Positions 17,794 through 27,278 are shown, counted from the stretch's first letter. The stretch: 64,000 nt of DNA from an uncultured Candidatus Saccharibacteria bacterium (GCA_964507275.1 CAZDPG010000001.1:188061-252060); one strand, 5' to 3'. Made by a program: numbers and translations. The notes: generated from the sequence alone by a model not told the origin.

Positions 17794-18846
17794 ATGTCGC
17801 GATTCTCGAAAAACCTGCTCTTCAGTAACGACATCGCAATCGATCTCGGGACTGCCAATACGCTTGTCTACGTGCGCGGCAGAGGCGTCGTGATTAACGA
17901 GCCGTCAGTCGTTGCGGTCAATGACAAGACACACCAGGTCGTTGCGGTGGGGAAGGAAGCAAAGACGATGTTCGGGAAGACACCGGCACACATACGCACG
18001 GTGCGTCCGCTCTCGCACGGTGTCATTTCTGATTTCGAAGTGACGGAAGAGCTTCTGAGTTATCTCATCAATAAGGCGCAGAACGGCCGATCGCGACTTT
18101 TCGGCCCGCGAGTCGTGATAGGCGTGCCGACAGGCGTGACGAACGTGCAGAGCCGAGCGGTGCGAGACGCGGCGAAGAATGCAGGCGCGCGCGAAGCATT
18201 CATACTCGAAGAGCCGGTCGCCGGCGCAATCGGCGCGAAACTCCCGGTGAACGAGGCAGTCGGCACGATGGTGCTCGATATCGGTGGCGGTACGACCGAC
18301 ATCGCAGTCATCGCGCTCCGCGGCGTCGTCGCCTCAAAGAGTTCGCATGTCGCGGGAGATCGTTTTAATGAAAATATCATCGAATACGTGCGTAGTGAGT
18401 TTAAGCTGGGTATCGGCGAGCGCACGGCCGAAGATGTGAAGATAGGTATCGGGTCAGTGACGCCTCTTGTGGAGTCTCTCTCGAGGAACGTGCGAGGGCG
18501 CGACTTCGCAACGGGTCTTCCGCGAGAAGTGATGCTCTCCGATAGTCATATTCGCGAAGCAATCACTCCATCGCTCGATGCGCTCATGGATGCGATGAAA
18601 GAAGTCATCGAGACGACCCCTCCCGAACTTCTCTCTGATGTTCTCGAACACGGCGTGACCGTCTTTGGCGGTGGCGCACTCCTGCGCGGGCTGCCACAGG
18701 TGCTTGCGAAGATGCTTGGTGTACCGGTGAAGGTCGCACCCGACCCTCTCACGGCGGTCGTGCGAGGTGCGGGCATTGTGACCGAGAATCCCGAACCCTA
18801 CGCGGATTTCTTTATCGATGAAGAGGACATTCTTAGCGAGGCGTAA
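17794..18846 (+). CDS. mreB: Rod-shape-determining actin homolog MreB (paralog 2, heading mreCD-mrdA)
   Basis: IAIDLGTANTLVYV, LDIGGGTTDIAVIAL and FGGGALL motifs. Confidence 0.85.
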   Translation: MSRFSKNLLFSNDIAIDLGTANTLVYVRGRGVVINEPSVVAVNDKTHQVVAVGKEAKTMFGKTPAHIRTVRPLSHGVISDFEVTEELLSYLINKAQNGRSRLFGPRVVIGVPTGVTNVQSRAVRDAAKNAGAREAFILEEPVAGAIGAKLPVNEAVGTMVLDIGGGTTDIAVIALRGVVASKSSHVAGDRFNENIIEYVRSEFKLGIGERTAEDVKIGIGSVTPLVESLSRNVRGRDFATGLPREVMLSDSHIREAITPSLDALMDAMKEVIETTPPELLSDVLEHGVTVFGGGALLRGLPQVLAKMLGVPVKVAPDPLTAVVRGAGIVTENPEPYADFFIDEEDILSEA

Positions 18847-19633
18847 CGCGCTGTTGTTATCGAGAGACGTCTCGTGGGGCGTGCTCGCGGTTACGCTTGT
18901 CGCGCTCATCATGATCATGCGCATCGTTCTACCGAATTTTTTCTGGCAGGTCTTCTCGCCAGTGTTCCAGGTGTCAGAATCTCTCGGTGCAGGAAGCCAT
19001 GCTTTTTTCACCCGTTTTAGTGACACCGCAATGCTCGCGCGACAGAAGGAACAGTTAGAAAATGAGAACGCGGCACTCGCGAGCGAGAACCAAATGCTCT
19101 TGAAGAAGGTTGAGAATCTCTCAGACCTCCTCGGCGGCCCGGTAGTCCAGAAGGGCATCTCGGGAATCCTCGCTGGTGTCGTCGCGGGGCCGCCCATGAG
19201 TCCGTATGACACGCTTATGCTTGCGGCAGGAAGGGAGGACGGTGTCGCGCTCGGCATGGAGGCGTTTGGTGCCGGTGGTGTGCCGGTGGGAATCGTTTCG
19301 TCGGTTCTCGATGACTTCTCACGAGTAACCCTCTTCTCCTCCTCTGGCGTGACTATGAGCGGCTGGGTCGGACGTGAGAATACTCCACTCAGCATTTCAG
19401 GTGTCGGGGGTGGGGTGATGCAGGCTGTCGTTGCGCGTTCTGCGGATGTCACTCCCGGCGATATCGTGTTTATGCCCGGACCGGGCATGCTTCCAGTAGG
19501 AAGCGTTCTCCGCGTCGAGAGCGACCCATTATCTCCCGCGGTGACGCTCCGCATTCAACCGATGATAAATCCTTTTTCGATATCATGGGTTGAGTTGCGG
19601 ACAACCGGAGTCGCAACCTCGACATCGCCATGA
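18818..19633 (+). CDS. mreC: Rod-shape-determining protein MreC
   Basis: N-terminal TM helix, coiled-coil (LENENAALASENQMLLKKVENLSDL), then a beta-rich domain. Position between mreB and mreD. Start uncertain (18818 overlaps mreB by 29 nt). Confidence 0.6.
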   Translation: MKRTFLARRNALLLSRDVSWGVLAVTLVALIMIMRIVLPNFFWQVFSPVFQVSESLGAGSHAFFTRFSDTAMLARQKEQLENENAALASENQMLLKKVENLSDLLGGPVVQKGISGILAGVVAGPPMSPYDTLMLAAGREDGVALGMEAFGAGGVPVGIVSSVLDDFSRVTLFSSSGVTMSGWVGRENTPLSISGVGGGVMQAVVARSADVTPGDIVFMPGPGMLPVGSVLRVESDPLSPAVTLRIQPMINPFSISWVELRTTGVATSTSP

Positions 19634-19884
19634 TGCACAAACTCGCTGCAGTGGCCGCATGCTTTTCAGTACTGCTTTTCCCGTGGCCATTCGCTGCCTG
19701 CTTGGCGCTCGGTATGTCGCTTTTCGAACCATTCGTGCCGTTTATCGTCGGTCTGCTCATTGATATTTTTTTCTATTCACCATACGGAGGAGCGCTTCCT
19801 CTCGCTACGCTTTCCGGGGCATGCGTAACAGTGCTCGCGCTCCTCGTGCGCAGTCGGCTCGTGGCGAGTATTATCAGAGAATGA
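19630..19884 (+). CDS. mreD: Small polytopic membrane protein in the MreD position
   Basis: 84 aa and very hydrophobic. Sits between mreC and mrdA, with its stop overlapping the mrdA ATG (ATGA). Confidence 0.45.
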   Translation: MMHKLAAVAACFSVLLFPWPFAACLALGMSLFEPFVPFIVGLLIDIFFYSPYGGALPLATLSGACVTVLALLVRSRLVASIIRE

Positions 19885-21575
19885 TCTGGTGGTATAAAAG
19901 GCGCCCTGATCCGGAGATTGCTCCGGATGAGATATTCCTCGACGTGTCGAACGCGCCTGATTTCAACCGACAGCGCTTCGAGGGTCGGCTTGAAAAACCA
20001 ATCCCGCATGGCTCTTTCTCTTTGCTTGCTACAGGGCTGGCCGTGCTTTTTCTCGTCCTCGCTACCCGCTCATGGAATCTTCAGGTGACGCATGGTGCGA
20101 CGTTCGCGTCCGAGAGCGCACACAACAGCCTTGAGGTCGTAACGATCTTCGCGCCACGGGGCATCATTACCGACGTACAGGGTGCCGTCCTTGCCGAGAA
20201 TGTGCAGAAGGATGATGGTGCTGTCGAACGACATTATTCCGTACCAGCACTCAGCCAGGTCATCGGCTACGTCTCCTATCCGAAGAAGGATTCGAAGGGA
20301 GTCTATTATGACAAGGAGCAACGAGGTGTCACAGGTCTTGAAGCACGGTACGATGAGCTTCTGTCGGGAAAGAACGGACAGATGCTCACGGAGACCGATG
20401 CGCTCGGGCGGGTGCGGAGTGAAGGCAGAGTCGTTCCAGCGGAAGAAGGGAAGACACTTCAGTTATCAATAGACGCTACGCTTGAGCGGCTTCTTGGTCG
20501 TGCGGTGGCGGCTGTTGCGGTCGACAAACACTTCATCGCTGGCGCTGGGGTCATCATGGACGTGGAAACAGGTGCTGTGCGTGCGCTCGTCTCCTATCCG
20601 AGCTATGACGCGAATATCATGGCACAGGGCGGTCCGGCGAGCACAATCGCTGCGTATAACACTGATCCCGGACATCCGTTCATCGACCACGCGGTACAGG
20701 GTGTCTATGCGCCAGGATCAGTCGTGAAGCCGCTCGTCGCCTCGGGGGCGCTTACCGACGGCATCATCACTCCGAACACGGTCATGGATGATCCAGGATT
20801 CCTCCTGATACCCGATCCGTATAATCCGGGAAAGAATTTCTTGTACAAGGGATGGAAAGCACTCGGGGCAGTGGACGTGAGGAGGGCGATTGCCTGGTCT
20901 TCAGACGTGTTCTTCTATTCGGTTGGTGGCGGATTCAAGAGTCAGAAAGGTCTCGGTATCGATCGTCTCGCTTATTGGTACCGACAGTTCGGCCTCGGCA
21001 CGACGACTGCTATTGATCTGCCAGGAGAAGTCCCGGGTGTCATCCCGACGCCAGAATGGAAGAAGATTACGTTCGACGAACCGTGGTATCTCGGCGATAC
21101 GTATTTTACTGCGATCGGACAATACTCTATGCAGGTGACGCCAATACAGATGGCTCGTGCGATAGCTGCTGTCGCGAATGGGGGAAAATTATTCACCCCG
21201 ACACTCGTCGCCGACCAGCCTTCCTCGTACGAGCTCGTGCCAGTGGATCAATCAGCACTTGTTGTCGTGCGGGAAGGTATGCGCCAAGCGGTCACCGGTG
21301 CACTTGCAGGTGCGCTCAATGTTCCGTATGTGAGCGTGGCCGCGAAGACGGGTACCGCTCAGACGGGCACGCGCAATCAATATGACAATTCCTGGGTCGT
21401 CGGATTCTTCCCGTACGATCATCCGAAGTATGCCTTTGCGGTCGTGCTCGAGCGCGGCCCGGAAGGTACGGGTGAACAAGCAGTGAACGTGATGCGCGAC
21501 TTCCTTGAAGCGCTTCGTGCGGTGAATTCTCCGTACGTCGGAGGGAGCGCGACCTCGACCGCTATTGCGCTCTAG
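19881..21575 (+). CDS. mrdA: Penicillin-binding protein 2 (peptidoglycan D,D-transpeptidase, elongasome)
   Basis: SxxK (GSVVKP), SxN and KTGTAQ motifs. Follows mreBCD. Start at the ATGA overlap (the track ORF begins 60 nt earlier). Confidence 0.8.
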   Translation: MIWWYKRRPDPEIAPDEIFLDVSNAPDFNRQRFEGRLEKPIPHGSFSLLATGLAVLFLVLATRSWNLQVTHGATFASESAHNSLEVVTIFAPRGIITDVQGAVLAENVQKDDGAVERHYSVPALSQVIGYVSYPKKDSKGVYYDKEQRGVTGLEARYDELLSGKNGQMLTETDALGRVRSEGRVVPAEEGKTLQLSIDATLERLLGRAVAAVAVDKHFIAGAGVIMDVETGAVRALVSYPSYDANIMAQGGPASTIAAYNTDPGHPFIDHAVQGVYAPGSVVKPLVASGALTDGIITPNTVMDDPGFLLIPDPYNPGKNFLYKGWKALGAVDVRRAIAWSSDVFFYSVGGGFKSQKGLGIDRLAYWYRQFGLGTTTAIDLPGEVPGVIPTPEWKKITFDEPWYLGDTYFTAIGQYSMQVTPIQMARAIAAVANGGKLFTPTLVADQPSSYELVPVDQSALVVVREGMRQAVTGALAGALNVPYVSVAAKTGTAQTGTRNQYDNSWVVGFFPYDHPKYAFAVVLERGPEGTGEQAVNVMRDFLEALRAVNSPYVGGSATSTAIAL

Positions 21576-21604
21576 CGGTGCTCGCGTACAATGCACTCAC
21601 TACT

Positions 21605-22078
21605 ATGACTGATACACAAGAAATCGTTGTTTCGCAGGAGAAATTTGATGAGATGATAAAGGAGCTCGAGCACCTGAAGACCGTACGTCGTACGGAGATT
21701 GCGAAGAACCTCGAATACGCCCGTTCGCTCGGTGATCTTTCGGAGAATGCCGAATACCAGGAAGCCCGTGATTTGCAGGCCGCTACTGAAGAGCGCATTA
21801 AGAAGCTCGAGGATCTGGTGAAGAATACGAAAATCGTCACGGACGGCAAGAAGAAGAGCGAGATTAGTTTCAGTTCGAAAGTGTCAATCAAGAGAGATGG
21901 GAGTGAGGAAGTGCATGAATACACTATCGTCGGTAGTGAAGAGGCCGACATGCGCATGAAGAAGCTCTCGCACGTCTCTCCGCTCGGCAGCGCCCTCATG
22001 GGCAAGAAGAAGGGCGACGTCTTCACATTCGAGACTCCTTCGGGCAAGCAGACCTATACGATAGAGAAGGTTGCGTAA
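21605..22078 (+). CDS. greA: Transcription elongation factor GreA
   Basis: ...LGDLSENAEYQEARDLQAATEERIKKLEDL... coiled-coil and a C-terminal FKBP-like domain. An alternative GTG start lies at 21578. Confidence 0.8.
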   Translation: MTDTQEIVVSQEKFDEMIKELEHLKTVRRTEIAKNLEYARSLGDLSENAEYQEARDLQAATEERIKKLEDLVKNTKIVTDGKKKSEISFSSKVSIKRDGSEEVHEYTIVGSEEADMRMKKLSHVSPLGSALMGKKKGDVFTFETPSGKQTYTIEKVA

Positions 22079-22129
22079 GTTGTCGGAGCGGTTAAGACGT
22101 TCCTGAGCTTTATATGTTACGATTTCAGG

Positions 22130-23698
22130 ATGTTGTGGGCTGACCGCATAGCAAGCGAAATACGGAATACGCGTACGCCTCGAGACGGAAAGACGTTTCT
22201 TATACGGGATGAGAAAACGTTGTCTGGTCGCGTGCATGTGGGAAGCATGCGCGGTGTCGCCGTACACGGCCTCATCAGTGAGATTCTTGCGGAGTACGGA
22301 ATAGCGAATGAATATCGCTACGAGCTCAATGATTTCGACCCGTTCGACTCCATACCAAGTTATCTCGACGCAGAGAAATTCAAGGAACACCTCGGGAAGC
22401 CTTTGTATGCCGTCCCAAGTCCTGAACCAGGTTTTAAGAATTACGCAGAATATTTCGGTGATGAATTTGTGAGCGTGCACAGGAAGGCCGGCTTCACTCC
22501 GAATTACTATCGAGCGACCGAGATGTATCAGTCAGGGAAGATGGATCCTTTCATTAAGACAGCACTCGAGCGCGCGAGCGATATACGCCGCATCATGAAA
22601 GAAGTTTCAGGGTCACAGAAAGACGAGTCCTGGCTCCCGGTCTCCGTCGTATGTGAGAACTGTGGAAAGATTATGACGACCCGGTCCTATGAGTACGATG
22701 GCGAGACCGTCGGGTACTCATGCGATAGGAATCCGGATGAAGCGAAAAGTTGCGGGCATACCGGTCGAGTCGCGCCATGGAAGGGAGCGGGGAAACTCTT
22801 CTGGAAAGCAGAATGGGCCGCGAAGTGGGTGGCACAAGGCGTCGATATTGAAGGTGGTGGTAAGGATCATTCGACCAAAGGCGGTTCTCGTGATGTCGCG
22901 AATCATATCTGTCGCGAGGTGTTCGAATCAGAACCGCCGTTTGATATTCCCTACGAGTTCTTTCTCGTCGGAGGGAGAAAGATGTCGTCATCGAAAGGGC
23001 GGGGCAGCTCTGCGAAAGACATGAGCGACCTCTTTCCTCCGACGGTCTTCCGGCTCGCACTTATCGGGAAAGATATTCGCGAGCAGATCGACATCGACCC
23101 TTCCGGCGAATCAGTCCCGCGCATGTACGACTGGCATGACGAACTCGGTGAGAGCGTCCGTGATGGTGCAGCGGATGATCGTTCACGACTCTTCGCGCTC
23201 TCTGAGCTTCCACAAGACCGTGCTGGACTCACCGCCCCATGGCAGATGCGTTTCCGTGAAGTCGCGTTCATTGTGCAGATGGCGCACCTCTCGCTCAAAG
23301 AAGAAGCGGAGCGAGTAAAAGGAAGCGCTCTTTCCGAAGACGAGGAGATTGCTCTCGATGAGCGCGCACGGTATGCGAAATACTGGCTCGCGACGTACGC
23401 CCCGGAAGAATTCCGCTATGAGCTTCAGGAAGAGATGCCTGATACAGAGCTCAGTGACACCCAGAAACATGCTCTCAGCGTGCTTGCCGATTTCGTACAG
23501 GGGGGCGAGCGTTCGGGAGAAGAGATTCATGCGAGCCTTCACGAGATGAAGACCAGTGTGCCGATAGCTCCCAAGGACCTTTTTCAGGCGATTTATCGAG
23601 TGTTTCTTAACCGTGATTCTGGGCCGAAAGCCGGATGGTTCCTCGCCGGCCTTCCGCGGGATTTCGTCATTGCGCGCTTGAGCGAGGCTGCAAAATAA
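22130..23698 (+). CDS. lysK: Class I (archaeal-type) lysyl-tRNA synthetase
   Basis: The N-terminus MLWADRIASEI aligns with class I LysRS (MVHWADYIADKI). HVGS (HIGH-like) and KMSSSKG (KMSKS-like) motifs. Zn-binding CxxC...C...H region. 522 aa. Confidence 0.8.
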   Translation: MLWADRIASEIRNTRTPRDGKTFLIRDEKTLSGRVHVGSMRGVAVHGLISEILAEYGIANEYRYELNDFDPFDSIPSYLDAEKFKEHLGKPLYAVPSPEPGFKNYAEYFGDEFVSVHRKAGFTPNYYRATEMYQSGKMDPFIKTALERASDIRRIMKEVSGSQKDESWLPVSVVCENCGKIMTTRSYEYDGETVGYSCDRNPDEAKSCGHTGRVAPWKGAGKLFWKAEWAAKWVAQGVDIEGGGKDHSTKGGSRDVANHICREVFESEPPFDIPYEFFLVGGRKMSSSKGRGSSAKDMSDLFPPTVFRLALIGKDIREQIDIDPSGESVPRMYDWHDELGESVRDGAADDRSRLFALSELPQDRAGLTAPWQMRFREVAFIVQMAHLSLKEEAERVKGSALSEDEEIALDERARYAKYWLATYAPEEFRYELQEEMPDTELSDTQKHALSVLADFVQGGERSGEEIHASLHEMKTSVPIAPKDLFQAIYRVFLNRDSGPKAGWFLAGLPRDFVIARLSEAAK

Positions 23699-23704
23699 GC
23701 TACG

Positions 23705-23741
23705 AAAAGCCGCTGCAACCAAGAGTTGCAGCGGCTTTTCG
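23705..23741 (+). terminator. Rho-independent terminator of lysK
   Basis: aaaa-GCCGCTGCAAC-caaga-GTTGCAGCGGC-ttttc: an 11-bp perfect stem plus a T-tract, 7 nt after the stop. Confidence 0.7.
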
Positions 23742-23760
23742 CTATTGGGGATAACTAAAA

Positions 23761-23830
23761 TAGGGTAGTGGGGAAGGGTGGGATATAATGTTTTGACAGT
23801 GGGATGAAGTGGAAGGCGGGAGTGGTGGCC
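23761..23830 (+). promoter_or_regulatory. mraZ promoter region with a TATAAT -10 (23784-23789) embedded in phased GTGG(G/A) direct repeats (MraZ-box-like operator)
   Basis: GTGGG at 23768, 23778 and 23799; GTGGA at 23809; GTGGT at 23822. Spacing is 10-13 bp (helical phasing). TATAAT at 23784. mraZ ATG at 23866. Confidence 0.4.
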
Positions 23831-23865
23831 TATCTTCCAAGTTCCAGCCCGCTCATTTTTAACCC

Positions 23866-24294
23866 ATGTTCATCGGCGAATACCTGCACACACTTGATCC
23901 TAAGAACCGCATCTCGCTTCCGGCGAAGTTTCGGAAAGATCTCGGCCGCGCTGTTGTCATAACGCGCGGCCTCGATCATTGTCTCTCGGTCTATCCGAAG
24001 AAGGCGTGGGCGAAGGAAGCTGAGAGTCGTGCCGTACACGCCGGCGGTACTGCCGCAGCGCGCGGCCTCGCGCGTCTTTTCCTTGCTGGAGCTATGGAGG
24101 CCGAGGTCGATACGGCTGGGAGGATACTCGTTCCCGACCATCTGAAGAGTTTCGCGGGACTCAATACGAAGACCGTCATCGCCGGGGTCGCAGACCGTAT
24201 CGAGATCTGGGATGAGAAGGCATGGAAGAAATACACGGCAGAGATTGAGCGCGATGCTGATGCGTTCGCTGAGAAGCTCGGCACTGCCAACTGA
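23866..24294 (+). CDS. mraZ: Transcriptional regulator MraZ
   Basis: MFIGEYLHTLDPKNRISLPAKFR... and a second DxxxR-type half (GRILVPDHL). 142 aa. Heads the dcw cluster. Confidence 0.85.
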   Translation: MFIGEYLHTLDPKNRISLPAKFRKDLGRAVVITRGLDHCLSVYPKKAWAKEAESRAVHAGGTAAARGLARLFLAGAMEAEVDTAGRILVPDHLKSFAGLNTKTVIAGVADRIEIWDEKAWKKYTAEIERDADAFAEKLGTAN

Positions 24295-24295
24295 T

Positions 24296-25249
24296 ATGGA
24301 AGCTCGTCACGACAGCGTTCTCATGCAAGAAGTGCTCGAAGCACTTGCTGTCGTTCCAAGTGATACGGTCGTCGATGCGACACTTGGCGGTGCAGGACAT
24401 TTCAAAGAGCTGCTTGCGGCACTTGGTGAGGGTGGGGTCATTGTTGGCATCGATGCGGATTCGGCGGCTGTCGAGCGCGGTCGAGCAGTGTACGCTCTCG
24501 ATCGGCGCCCAGAGCGGCCGGTTGCGCACTTGGTGAACGATAATTTCCGTAACCTTGCGCGTATACTCGAGCGTCTCGGTATCGGTCATGCCGACAAGGT
24601 GCTCTTCGACCTCGGATGGAGCGGATATCAGATAGCCGCACCGCGCGGATTCTCATTTCAGAGAGACGAACCGCTCTACATGACGTATGGCGAAGGCGGC
24701 GAGACGGCCGCGGATATCGTTAATAGCTCTTCCGAAGAGGATATTGCGGACATCATCTTCACGTACGGCGAGGAGCGTTTCGCGCGCGGCATCGCACGTG
24801 CCATTGTCGCGGCGCGTTCTAAAGAGCGCATTCTCACGACGGATGCGCTCGTCGCTGCTATAAAAGCAGGTACGCCTGCTTGGTATCACGAGCGGAAGAT
24901 TCACCCAGCGACGAAAACATTCCAGGCGCTCCGCATTGCGGTGAATGATGAGATTGGAAGCTTGCGCGAGGGATTGTCTGCTGCCCTTACGACGCTTGCT
25001 CCTTGTGGCCGACTCGCCGTAATTTCTTTCCATAGTATCGAGGATCGTGTCGTGAAGAATATCCTGCGTGATGCGGAGCAGGCAGGCCTCGGATCGCTCT
25101 CGCCGAAGAAACCGATCGCACCTTTGCGCGCGGAAGTCCTCGCGAATCGTCGGGCACGGAGTGCGAAACTGCGCGTATTCGAACGCAATGCCGTCGCAGC
25201 AGAGGCAATGTCAGCCAGCTCGCGCGATCTTCATTTTTCCTATGCATAA
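24296..25249 (+). CDS. rsmH: 16S rRNA (cytosine1402-N4)-methyltransferase RsmH (MraW)
   Basis: LMQEVLEAL...VVDATLGGAGH... SAM-binding motif. Start 1 nt after the mraZ stop (the track ORF starts earlier, at 24212). Confidence 0.85.
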   Translation: MEARHDSVLMQEVLEALAVVPSDTVVDATLGGAGHFKELLAALGEGGVIVGIDADSAAVERGRAVYALDRRPERPVAHLVNDNFRNLARILERLGIGHADKVLFDLGWSGYQIAAPRGFSFQRDEPLYMTYGEGGETAADIVNSSSEEDIADIIFTYGEERFARGIARAIVAARSKERILTTDALVAAIKAGTPAWYHERKIHPATKTFQALRIAVNDEIGSLREGLSAALTTLAPCGRLAVISFHSIEDRVVKNILRDAEQAGLGSLSPKKPIAPLRAEVLANRRARSAKLRVFERNAVAAEAMSASSRDLHFSYA

Positions 25250-25535
25250 ACTTCGCCTTCATCTTCCGGTCTCCATCATGTCGCTCTCTGTCGGCATGGT
25301 TGCCGTCCTGGCTGTCGTCTATATCGGGCTCATCGCCGTCGTCATGAGTTATGCCGCGCTCACGGTTGAGTTCTCACAGTCGGTCAAAGATGATGAAGCG
25401 GCCGTTGCCGTGCTCGAGTCCCAGTATCTTGAGAACGCCGCACGCCTCCAGAGTCTTGATTATCATGCACTCGGCTATGCCGCTCCGCGCGCGAAGACGT
25501 TCGTTCCGGCGGCAAGCATGACAGCGTTACGCTAA
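25242..25535 (+). CDS. ftsL: FtsL-like cell division protein (single TM)
   Basis: 97 aa. One TM helix (MVAVLAVVYIGLIAVVM) then a short coiled-coil. Position between rsmH and ftsI. Confidence 0.5.
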   Translation: MHKLRLHLPVSIMSLSVGMVAVLAVVYIGLIAVVMSYAALTVEFSQSVKDDEAAVAVLESQYLENAARLQSLDYHALGYAAPRAKTFVPAASMTALR

Positions 25536-25541
25536 GAGGAT

Positions 25542-27278
25542 ATGCGAGCACAGTTCCGTTCACGCATCCGGCTCGTCCTCGCTTTCATTGCCCTCGCCGC
25601 TCTCCTCATCATTGTCCGCCTCTATTTCGTTCAGATTGTGCATGGCGACGAATATGCAGAGAAGGCCGATCGGCAATTCGCGTCGAGCGGTAGCGGCCTG
25701 TTCGACCGTGGGGCGATCTATCTCACAACGAAGGACGGAACACTTATCTCGGGAGCGACGCTCGCGACCGGGTTTCTTGTCGCGATAAATCCACAAACGC
25801 TAATCGATCCTGAAGGGGCATATGAAGCAATAGTCTCTATCGCGTCGACGACGGTATCGCGCGAAGCCTTTCTCGCTTCCGCCGCTAAGAAGAATCTCGT
25901 CTATGTCGAAGTTGCGCATCGTGTCACTGACGAAAAAGGAAAGGCGCTTGCCGACCGTGCACTGCCGGGCGTGCAGGTGCTTCGTGAGCGGTGGCGGTAT
26001 TATCCGGGAGGGACGCTCGCGTCGCAGTCGATCGGCATCGTCTCGTATGGTCAAGGCGATGAACTCATCGGGCAGACTGGGCTCGAGGCGGTATACGATG
26101 GTACGCTCGCACGTTCTGGGGATTCTCTGTATAAGAATTTCTTCGCTGAACTCTTCTCGAATGTCGGCAACCTGCTCGTGAACGCGAAGGACGCTCGGGA
26201 GGGCGACATCGTGACGACCATCGAACCCGAAGTACAGACACGGCTCGAGCATGATCTTGCAAAAGTGAATGAGCGGTACTCGAGCAAACGGTCGGGAGGC
26301 ATTATCATGGATCCTGCTACTGGCGCGATTATCGCCCTCGCGACTTTTCCCTCCTATGACGGGAATAATAGGCAACGCGTCGATCCTTCGGCGCTCGGGA
26401 GCGCCCTCGTCGAATCGGTGTACGAATTCGGCTCTATCATGAAGCCTCTGACCATGGCATCGGGACTTGATGCGGGCGTCATCACACCGGAAACGATGTA
26501 CGAGGATACGGGATGCATCACGGTGAATAAAGCGAGCATCTGCAACTGGGACTTGAAAGCGCGCGGTGTAATTCCTATGAAGCAGGTCATTGTGCAGTCG
26601 CTCAATGTCGGAGCGGCGTGGATCGCGACCGAATTAGGACAAGACAAGTTCCGCAACTATTTCGTCAAATTGTTCGGGCAGAAGACAGGCATCGATCTTC
26701 CGAGCGAAGGGCGCGCGCTTCTCGGGAACCTTTCGAAGCCGCAACAGATTGGGTACGATACCGCATCCTTTGGACAGGGCATCGCAGTGACACCAGTACA
26801 GATGGTTCGTGCACTTGGTGCGATAGCCAATGACGGCGTGATGGTGCAGCCCCATCTCGTGAGTGCGATACGTCTCGATTCCGGCATCATCCGGCAGCTC
26901 GACTGGAGCCAGACGACACCGGTCTTCTCTGCCGCCGCGGCACGTGCGACGACGGAGATGATGGATGCTGTCGTCGACGAGAAGCTCGATAACGGCAAGG
27001 CAAAGATTCCCACGATGTCAGTTGCGGCCAAGACCGGAACCGCGCAGCTTACGGACGGACGTGGCGGGTATTATACTGACCGCTTCTTCCACTCGTTTAC
27101 GGGCTTCTTTCCTTCATTCAGTCCGCGGTTTATCATCCTCTTGTATACCTATGACCCGCAGGGCGTGAAGTATGCGTCGGAGACACTCAACGCGACGTTC
27201 CTTGACCTCGTGCATTTTCTCATCGACTATTACCAAGTACCGCCCGACCGCGGGTTCGCCACATCCACCCCTGTATGA
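25542..27278 (+). CDS. ftsI: Penicillin-binding protein 3 / FtsI (septal D,D-transpeptidase)
   Basis: N-terminal TM. SxxK (GSIMKP), SxN (QSLNVG) and KTGTAQ motifs. dcw context. Confidence 0.8.
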   Translation: MRAQFRSRIRLVLAFIALAALLIIVRLYFVQIVHGDEYAEKADRQFASSGSGLFDRGAIYLTTKDGTLISGATLATGFLVAINPQTLIDPEGAYEAIVSIASTTVSREAFLASAAKKNLVYVEVAHRVTDEKGKALADRALPGVQVLRERWRYYPGGTLASQSIGIVSYGQGDELIGQTGLEAVYDGTLARSGDSLYKNFFAELFSNVGNLLVNAKDAREGDIVTTIEPEVQTRLEHDLAKVNERYSSKRSGGIIMDPATGAIIALATFPSYDGNNRQRVDPSALGSALVESVYEFGSIMKPLTMASGLDAGVITPETMYEDTGCITVNKASICNWDLKARGVIPMKQVIVQSLNVGAAWIATELGQDKFRNYFVKLFGQKTGIDLPSEGRALLGNLSKPQQIGYDTASFGQGIAVTPVQMVRALGAIANDGVMVQPHLVSAIRLDSGIIRQLDWSQTTPVFSAAAARATTEMMDAVVDEKLDNGKAKIPTMSVAAKTGTAQLTDGRGGYYTDRFFHSFTGFFPSFSPRFIILLYTYDPQGVKYASETLNATFLDLVHFLIDYYQVPPDRGFATSTPV

